The notes under the pieces are model-generated. The model did not search any database and had not been told where the DNA came from. It was given only the letters and a program-made list of their open reading frames with translations. A stretch of DNA of 64,000 nt from Syncephalis fuscata S228 (taxonomy: Eukaryota > Fungi > Zoopagomycota), in assembly GCA_025786725.1 (NCBI GenBank), contig JAHLTZ010000028.1, forward strand, positions 186,001 to 250,000. The letters run 5' to 3'. A program made the position numbers and the translations under genes. Below, piece after piece: positions 54,661 to 64,000 of this stretch (its first letter is position 1; each line of letters begins with the position of its first letter).

Positions 54661-57494
54661 CTTCATTATTCCGATCATTGCGTTTGGCAGCTTTATTGAC
54701 ACGGTAAGTGCATTCCTGGCTTGTTTTTATGTTATTTTGAGCATATGCTGTTAAATTCTCGTTGTCTGCTTTGTTTTTACGATGGAGTGCAATTGCAGTT
54801 TATCTAACAGCAACTCTGCAATCTCAACAAAGGCAGTGGGATCTACTACTGTTGAGGCTGCTTAAACTGCTGTTAATACGATCTGCCATGGCGATCTATA
54901 GCAAAACAGAGTATACAGTGTTTTTGGCAGCATATAGCCATCGTAGTCATCATGGACAGCTGCTGTATGCGCACAGCAGCAACAGTATAGAAAGCTTTGC
55001 TAGTATAGTCACTGAGCAAGTTTTCAGCACCAGTACAGCAGTGCGCTCTGCCACTGTTGATAGTGTTGTATTTATATAGCTCTAACACGATAGCAGCGGT
55101 GGTTATATGCACTGCTAACTTCCCACCGATTGTTTTCTTTGTTATATATTGTATTATCTTACACTTCAAACATGCGTCATTTCTTTAGATTCTCAAGTAA
55201 ATCTTGCTACAGTTTATTGAATCTAGTATGCATTCATTAAACATAAACGATATCATGCAAAATATATCTGTATATTTCTATAGAATATTAAAGTATTCTT
55301 TTTACGCACTTTACAGAATAAAATAAAACTATACAGCCTTACAATAGCCATTTACTGTATATTGTGCGTGTATTAGCTAAACGTGTAAATATGCTAGCAA
55401 TACTCATAAATATTAATCTAATGGATTGTCAATTTTGCTTTTAATAGTAAATATAAATTGACAAATGCTATCTGTAATTCCTTTTATATTAAAAATGTAG
55501 GTTTAAATTATGTCTCCAAAAGTCTTCTTATTTGTCTTTATTTAGTATTAACCAATGTAAATATAATTGAATAATCAAAGAAAGTGTGTAATACTAACAA
55601 CAAAAGTATAGTATTTATTTATACGTTTAAGTGAGTGAAATAAGCGCATTGCTTTGACGCTTATAATAAATGCAGCTAATGATAAACAGACACCCTTTAT
55701 TAGTGGTATGTGACCAGTATATAGTACAGTGATGTACAGTAGAATGAATATATAGTAATAGGCATGAGTTGCGGTGTGGGTGTTACAATATATAACGCAA
55801 TAGGCTAACTGAATGAAGTGTACTGAAAACTACAATGAATAGAATGTTTTTATCATATAATAGAATAAAATGAATGAATAGAAAATATTGTATGTTTTAG
55901 CAGTTGACAAAATATACTATATAAAATACTCATATCTACAATATTTAGAAACAAACAAAAATGTCGGTAGTATCGTTATAGTACTAGTCAATAAACTATT
56001 CGACAGCATTCTACTCCAAGAGCTATCGTCGGATGATGCCGTATCTGGTAAATACCAACAACAACTATAATTGATATGTCAGTGTAACAATTGTTGCATA
56101 ATGTTTCAACAACAATCAATCAAGTACCCCTAAATGCTTACTGTCAAATATTATACAAAATAGTTTTAACGAGTTGCCTTAGCATAATGTTGACTCGGCA
56201 AATGAATTGCAATTACCATTAATAGGATTATCTGTTGGATTGTATGTAATTGCAATATCTGCACGGCGCAATAAGGGCTCATTAAAACCATGATTACACA
56301 TGTACTGGCCAAAGCCGGGTGTTGAATCAAAGTATATGTAATAGTGTAATGGTGATTTTTGTCTATTAAACATTGTATTATTAAAACTAGTATTTAGATT
56401 AAACAGTATCAATAGTATCGAAAACCAGTATATATTGGGCGCCTTAGGCATGCCATGAACAAATTATTATTTTAATGACTATTGCGTTGTTTGATACAAT
56501 TATGGATGCTTGGTAGATTGTCGAATTGGCTATTTTGAATATGCATGATGACTGGTTTCCCCTAGCTCACGGCATTGAAAGTTGCTAAAGCGTGAGTTGG
56601 TTTACAGTACACGCACAATTAGCGTGATACTATGTTTTAAACGCAAAACAAGACCACACTAATTATTTAATTTCAACGTTTATGTCTCATCTTGCAACAA
56701 TATTTTCACAAAAAGTTGGTTACCACGCTCTATAGCTTGTTTAAGCCAATGCCATTCAAAGAAATTGCTATGAATTACACAAGCCTTTTGTCTTCAACTG
56801 TAGGGGTATCTATATACTATTCAAAGCTATTACCTTTGTTCTATTGCTATTGAATCTGAACTAGTATAAAATAAAGTAATAGCTCACTGTTATATATTAA
56901 TTATTGTGGACTAATATCGTGTTTAAATATCAACAGAGTATGTAAAATCAAAGTCAATGATGCAAGTGTAGACGGCAGCAAATGTTGCCGTTTAGCCAGT
57001 ACATGTGAATAGATTTCAGCTAGAATGGGCCTGAACTTTGGGGGGCGATGTCCCGTTACATTGAACATTTATGGAACATAAGCTGATAATAAAAATGTTA
57101 CACAATATAGTAACAAATACAGGTATGCGATGTATGGTATGTGCGTGTTCCAGATACGTTGTCCATTGAACTGGGTACATGCCAACTTACTGGGCTATTT
57201 TTTTGGATGTTGTTTATTGGTATCCGTGACTTAAGCCAGAATAGAAATTTAGAAGTTTGATGCTATAAAAGTTCAAGCAAATAACCAGGTTTATCTTGAT
57301 CTATATTCATACTTTATTCTCTATTACCTCAGCTTCTTCCTCAATCACCAAGTGCAATTTATTTCTCGATAAATAACAGTTAGCTACCTCTTTTTTGTTA
57401 CAGTTTGCTATTACATTACTAGCTCATATAGTATCGCACACTTTTGGCGTCACTCTTTACGAGACAATACTTTTTTATAAACAACTATACCACC

Positions 57495-58658
57495 ATGTCA
57501 GATGATTCCAATTCAGATTCCTTTGATAATGTGACTCCAGAGGAACTTTTTTTACGTAAAGCTGAACCGGCCAGGGACATTATATTCACAATTATACTTT
57601 TTGGCTTTGGCTGTCTCCATCTTTGGCGCTATAACCAGACAAACACTAAGTATCATGGCATGATGATCGGCTCTATATTTGTTGCCATGGTTGGCTTTGG
57701 TATGCGTATTGGCGGTGCATATAATTTTGATTTTATGGTCTACTATTACTCTTCATTTATATTAGCTTTTTCAGAATGGATGATTAAAGTGATTGTTGCT
57801 TATCTAATGATAGTATGGTAAGTTATCTTTTCTTTTTTCCTTTATTTAATTAGCACCCATCTACTCGACATTGTATTGACATTATAATAACACAACTAAT
57901 TGAATTTGTACAATAGGAGTCGTTCCATGGGAAAGGCAATTGCCCAAAAAGCTCAATCAATATATCGATTTGGTGTCGGCGGAATAATTGCCTATAGCAT
58001 TGGCTTTACTTTGTGGATTGTCGGCTATCTCCTTTTACTAAAGTCTACTACTTTATCGTCTGATAAAACAGCAAAAACTATAGCGAAATTTGGTGATAGT
58101 GTAAACATGACCTTTAACCTCCTTTCAGTCTGTCTGTTTATTTGGCAATTTGTGGCAACTAAAAATGATGGCGTTCCAGGATTAGGCTTTAAGCGTAGAC
58201 AGCTGCTCGTATTAGCAGCTCATTGCATTTTAATATTTGCATCTGATCTGAGCTACACTCTTGGATCCATTATGGCCGGATATATATTTTTTATTCTTGT
58301 TTTGGGTGTCGGTATCTATACACGTAAAGCTTTAACAGGATTTGATAAAGAGCCTGATCTTACCAGTTGCATGCCTATTGTTATACCCACCGTCGCTTAT
58401 GGTCAGCAAACGGTAAATATGGCAGTTAATCCTAGTATGGTGTTTATGCAGCCTGTACACATGGAGCATCCTGTTGTTTATCAACACCACGTCGGCACTG
58501 AAGAAGCCAATGCAACTACTCCAGCTATTTATACTAATGTGCAAACTGCCGATTCTTCCGAATCTAACACTTCACCATTTAGCGATGATCATGCATTTGT
58601 GGTTGAAGATTCAGCCTTAAATCCAAATCCATATGCTGCACCTTATCCACAAGAATAA
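57495..58658 (+). CDS. Multi-pass (about 7 TM) receptor-like/RTA1-like membrane protein with PYAAPYP tail; 2 exons
   Basis: ORFs 57444-57821 and 57900-58658 joined by an intron within a Trp codon (IVW|SRSMG); HLWRY motif; serial TM helices. Confidence 0.75.
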
Positions 58659-59064
58659 CTGATTTCGAGGCTATTTATGATATATTCGTATTTCATTAAC
58701 ATTGGTTAATTTAAATGAATAAACAATAAGAGGCAGCAGTTTAGTATAAAAATGTCTATTGAAAGTGTACGCTTTTGCTCAGAGCTTTGCCCTATTATGC
58801 TTTATTTGTAACTATTGTCTGTTCAAATCCAGCTTTACTATTTATGAATTTGTGTTGTTTTGCTCATCAAGTCATACGCAGCGATAGAACAAACTATATT
58901 GTAAATAACATTGCAGTATAAGGAAAATGAAATACGAAAATAAATAATATATGTATACTAAATACTAAATCTATAATAATGAGTATTTATATCATTTTAT
59001 TATTTTACTTTGCATGTTATAAAAGCAGTCTACCAATTGCATAGTGTATGATTTATTTCATAAC

Positions 59065-59205
59065 TTCCTTTTTCTCTTTTTTACACTTGATAACATTTAT
59101 CGATTGCACACAATTATGCATTTTATATGCTATTTAGATAGTGTCAGTAGTTGACTGATTAATAGTTAGGTGCGAACACATTTTACATTACTCTTTTGTA
59201 ATTTG
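59065..59205 (+). repeat. Dispersed repeat, copy 2
   Basis: Homologous to 54505-54660. Confidence 0.8.
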
Positions 59206-59674
59206 ACCTTTTTTGTTGATTGTATTCATGTTGCTATAATTTGAATCAAATAATAAACATTTTAAAAGAAATCAATCATACTAACAAGATAAATAATATC
59301 GTGTAAGTACCATACTCATACTCTACATTATATTTATCATAATAATGCTATTTTATCATATATTCTCACTTTTTCAATTGCACGTTGTCCATTCGTTATA
59401 TTGTATATCAATATACCGTCTATTGATTACATGCCATCAGTAAAACTATTTGCTCATTACTAGCTGCATTTAATGCAAATACCAGTTTATTTTGTTCATA
59501 AACACTATAACTCCATCATTGGTATTCGTGCATTTCCATTGCTTAATTGTACCATTCTATGTTACTTTATTCTTTATTGCCTATACTTCATTTAGCGATT
59601 TGATTTCTATTGCAAAATAACTATACTGTATTTTATTTATTTGTTAAATAGAGTTATTTTTTTACAAATATTAA

Positions 59675-59785
59675 ATAATTTATTTATTTGATGTGCTTTG
59701 GAGGTCAAATGACTAACATTTAATAGCATCCAATCTATTGAACATGATGATGAGTGGTAAATGATATCAACCATCAAATACTCGT
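59675..59785 (+). repeat. Solo degenerate arm of the foldback element at 50 kb
   Basis: GGTCAAATGACTAACATTTA...TCTATTGAACATGATGATGAGTGGT...CATCAAATACTC matches 50017-50108. Confidence 0.75.
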
Positions 59786-62700
59786 TAGCCATGCTCTATT
59801 TAAAACCATTGTTTGTTTAACGCTGGCTTTATTTATTATAAAAGTTGACTTATTTTACTTAGATGGAGGCAATGTAATTTCAACATCAGTATTTATGTAT
59901 TTTCTTTTGCCTAGTCATTTCGCTCTGTAATATTCTTTATTTTATTAATTAGACTTTATGTATTTACAGTAGAAATAAAGCAATCGAAACTATATCGATT
60001 CAAACGCACAATCCACGTTAAATCAAATGCCATTCATTGATTATATCACAGTGTAACGAACATAGTAAAATATTGAATTGATCACGCTGCGATAATGGCT
60101 GGTCACACACACACACACACACTCGCCATTGATACTCGAAACAGGTACTGCTTTACCATGATGCATACAATACATACACGTAGAAATGTGAACGAACAAA
60201 TGAATTAATGAAGGCGAGAACGGGCAACAGAGGGCCAAGCGAAGGGACGGACAAGCATCATGCGTACAATGACTGCAGTTTACTTTTCTGCGATAGGTGC
60301 TTTTCCGGTCTATGCATCCTACGACTCTAGTGCATACCATTATTATCTATAATAGTGCGTGCAAAGGATAGCTTACTGCAGCACCACGTTGTGGTACAGT
60401 TGGATGGATGAGTTGGCGGATATTAGTGTAGAAGTGGTATAGCTTTTTGCTTTGTCTATGTGACCAATAACACAATGCTGCCACACATCCTATCACTTTA
60501 TATGGATTGTTACCGAAAAGCGTGAATTAATGCATGAAACGACAAGTAACATTGCACGGCAGCCCGAGTCAAAATGACCTGCACAGTGATAACAGCAACA
60601 GTGCCAATAGCAATAACGACTGTGCTTGCTCACCGACCATGCATGCATGCATTAGGCAGACAGACAGACAGACAAGCAGATATTCATGCACACACACACA
60701 TACAATGTCATCTATTAAAATGGACACCTATGACTTGTGCTACGAATTACGTCTATTCTATTGCCGTTTCGTCGTTGATTATCGCCGTCCATCTCACGTT
60801 TATTGTTTGTTGACTGATCTTTTTTCACTCACCCATATCCAACTATTGAATTTCTTTGTTTGGACAACCTGTCTGCTTGCCTGTTTGTCCGTCCGCCAGT
60901 TATCAATTTGCTATCTACCTGTTGTTTGTCTATATGTCGGTTGTAGCGCGACGGCTCTGTGTATAGTATTGCTATTTCGATTTCACCGGCTTTTTTCCTT
61001 TGATCTTTGCGACGATACCGCACACCACCACACTCTTTTTGCTCCCTTCTATTATTGTTATACTATTTCACTGGTTACTGCGATTTGCGAGTTTATCCCA
61101 TCAGTTGGTAAGTTTACAAGTGGGACTGTGTATACTGCTGCTACTATCGTTGCTATGTCTGCTTGGTAAATTCTTCCACTGTATTTTGGTCTGCAGCCAA
61201 GTTGGTGGTACAGCATCAATGGATGGATTCGAATTTTCCGCTCCAATGATTTCTACACTGAATGAAGTCATCCCCTCTCTTAGCTCATTAGCCTTTCTTA
61301 ATCCTTCTACAGTGTTAAAAGTATTTATTGAACGATAAAGCAAGTGAACCAAAAGAAAGATCTCTACCGCATAAAGTGGATATCTATCGATGGTTCATAT
61401 GACACTTATAACTCCTTTATATTACGTGCATATCATATGTAGCATACCTATTATATCATATCATATTTATCTTTTGCATTATTAAAGCATTATATATTAT
61501 GGAAATCATTTAATAATCATATTTATTATGTGACTAAATGATAAACCTTTTTAATGCACTATTAGTAATCAGCTGATAATAATAATAATGATAGCGATAT
61601 GGATCGGTTAAGCAGTGCCGATCTGCGCTCTTATTTTACCGCCTCCCTTTCATATGATCTATCCATGCCTATTAGATGACCATCATAATTGCCATGTCGT
61701 CATCGTCTATTCTACACGGACGCTCAGGTGGCCCATTCTCGATGTCAGGTGGTCTAAATTCGCCCATTTCTTTATCCATTTGTGTACGGTGTGATCATGA
61801 TGGATTGAATGATAGAAAAGCGATATCTCTTTCTTTCCAACGTATGTGTACATATTCTTCTCTGCTTGTCCATCTATCTATCTTGCTCCATCTTGGTCTA
61901 TTCTGCATTTATTGATCTGCAACGGCAGTAATAAACAACAGCAACAATCGCAGCAATAGCAACGGCAACGACAATAATCGACGCTATCTCTGTACATCCC
62001 CTTTTGTTCTACGATTCACATCTTTCTCTTTCGCTCCTTCTTTCTATTCTTTTGTCAGTTGCTCTTTTGCGACTTCATCTCGTCACTGACTGTTCATATT
62101 TGTTCCTGCTCTGCTTCTCAGTAGTAGGAATTATTTGATGCTGGTCCAGTCATACTGAACATATCGTGTTTCTTTTACTTCTTCATTATTGTTTTTTGTT
62201 GTTGTCACTTTTGCTTTGCATATCAAACTCCATTCTATCTTTTTTGGCACACTTGCTTCTCTTGTTTCAGCATTGTTGAAGAACCGTAATTATTCGTTGT
62301 TGTATAGTTCACGTGTGTGATATTCAATACTGTTTAGTTTCTAGTGGTCATTACGTTCTCCGCTTTTAGCCATTCTTTACTCGCTCTCACTCACTCACCA
62401 CTCATTTATTTCTTTCAACTCCGATCCCCAGCCTTACTTACTCCTCCTTCATTCTCGCTCTCCTCACTCGCTCACTCTCCCACCTACGTTCTCTCCTCAC
62501 TCTCCTTTCCTATTCCTATCTCATATTCTCGTCATATTTCACTCTATTCACTTACCAATTTCTCTGACCTCTACTTTATCCATAACCGGTGTAAGTTTAT
62601 TATCGGTGTTTTTAGTCTTAGTGGCCAGCATAGGTGGGCAAACTCTTCTTTTTTCCTTACCTTTATTCACTTCTACGCCCACACTCTTTTATTCGTCATT

Positions 62701-63408
62701 GTTTGTGCCTCTTTGCTTGCTTGTCTGCTTGCTTGTCTGCCATCACTTGTACCGACACCGTTGCCTATCATCTCTTAGTCCTAGCGACGTGTGCGCCCTT
62801 TTGTTGCCGCTGTCGTTTTCACCTGTTGTTTTCACCGCTTTCCTCTTGTTGCTTCTTCATTTGAGCTTACGTTTAGGTTTGCGGCAACGATCGTTCATCT
62901 GAAGACCCAAGGTGTGTTGTTCACTTTACGATACATACATAAGTCGTGTGCAAAGAATGCGCATGCGTACATCGTCCAACAACGCTGAACGATTCTGTGT
63001 AGTGCACAGACACGGGTGTGTGTATGCATGATATATTACTAACACATGGTTGTTTATATAGGTCGTTTGAATATTTTTATTATTATTTGCTATCTAGTGT
63101 TTGCGGCAATATTGACTAGCGTATAGGCTACGTTAGCGCTACTGTCGTCAACTTATCTTTTATTTCTTTATCTTTTTGCTTTGTGGAGTATTCTAGCAGA
63201 TTGCTGGCTGGTCTATTTCGCTCCAACCGTAATCTTTCAAGTATATTCCTTGGCAGCTGTGCTGACGCTTTTATCTAATTTCATATTTCCACTGTTTATT
63301 TGAACAAGTTACATACGCTGTTGTATAGGCATTTTGTGCTTTCCTCATACTTTTGCATTTCCTGCTTGATTTCAATAGCGTTTAAGTGTTTATACGGACT
63401 TTATCATC

Positions 63409-64000
63409 ATGACGGCATCCGGATCTGTCATTACTAAGCCTCCATCCCGCCCTGTTTCCTTTATTGAGCCTATTGTCGAGGAAGAAGAGGAAGAGGAATT
63501 TATGGTCACTGCCACTTCACCAGTACAACAGCGAGCAATGCCATTATCGCCGGTAAATGCTCACATGGCCAATCACTATGCATACACAACAGGTTCAAGC
63601 CTTTCTAGGCCATCGTCCAATCTACCAATGGCTTCGCCAGTCAGTCCACAACACCAGCGTGATCATGTTTTCCGTGGATTACTACAAGAGGATACAAAAA
63701 CACGCCATGCGACTGGTGCAGCACCTATTGCCGTGAATAGTCGAAATATGAACGGTACATCTGGCGGCCAAAATGTAAACGGCCATACCGACCCCGATTC
63801 GCCAACCGACTCATCGCTAGCTGGCGGCTTACCACAGCCTCCTCACCAGCAGCCGACTCCGCCACCATCTTCTGTTGGATCAGCTATGCTTGGCTATCCA
63901 ATGGCACCGTCGATATCTGCTACTATCGCAGCTGTTGCATCTGGAATGTCTTTATCGTCGCCGGCGGCGAATTCGACCATGGCACAAACACCTTCACCAA
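63409..64000 (+). CDS. 5' part of a gene with a Ser/Pro-rich disordered N-terminus (partial)
   Basis: ATG at 63409 after an acceptor AG near 63378; frame open to the window end: MTASGSVITKPPSRPVSFIEPIVEEEEEEEFMV... Confidence 0.7.
   Translation, partial: MTASGSVITKPPSRPVSFIEPIVEEEEEEEFMVTATSPVQQRAMPLSPVNAHMANHYAYTTGSSLSRPSSNLPMASPVSPQHQRDHVFRGLLQEDTKTRHATGAAPIAVNSRNMNGTSGGQNVNGHTDPDSPTDSSLAGGLPQPPHQQPTPPPSSVGSAMLGYPMAPSISATIAAVASGMSLSSPAANSTMAQTPSP

Noticed and set aside
55980-56580. Possible decayed gene on the minus strand (90-aa ORF 56179-56451)
   Set aside because: No family motif or consistent exon structure recognised.
56972-56991. Hairpin ACGGCAGC-AAAT-GTTGCCGT as a Helitron end
   Set aside because: The nearest CTAG is about 28 nt away and no other copy was seen.
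60534-62988. Long Cys/Leu/Phe-rich ORFs
   Set aside because: They derive from microsatellite and pyrimidine tracts and show no domain features.

Overview
Intron-rich, AT-rich eukaryotic DNA from an early-diverging fungus. Gene families and intron style resemble Zoopagomycota such as the mycoparasite Syncephalis (inferred, not verified). About 23 protein genes are present. Housekeeping genes: PHS1 (partial), TSR3, PFA4, eIF2D/TMA64, PalB/RIM13, POS5, SHM1, TFIIB, YAH1, ATP3, GDE1. Accessory genes: an AA11-type LPMO, a secreted lectin-like protein, three tandem Cys-rich secreted paralogues, three multi-TM receptor-like genes and an F-box-like gene. A 4-exon DASH-like microgene is absent from the ORF track. 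Many genes, including conserved ones, have 1-nt frameshifts in short homopolymers, most likely assembly errors. The most striking unexplained feature is an ~850-nt non-coding locus (48968-49820). It lies behind a CCAAT/TATA promoter and folds on the + strand into a deeply nested, G-U-rich multi-helix structure with paired ends, so it is a candidate undescribed long structured ncRNA (telomerase RNA is one testable option). Smaller structured elements occur at 15855-15990, 29423-29555 and in ATP3 intron 1, and a foldback/MITE-like repeat family occupies parts of 50-60 kb. All gene models and helices were read by eye.
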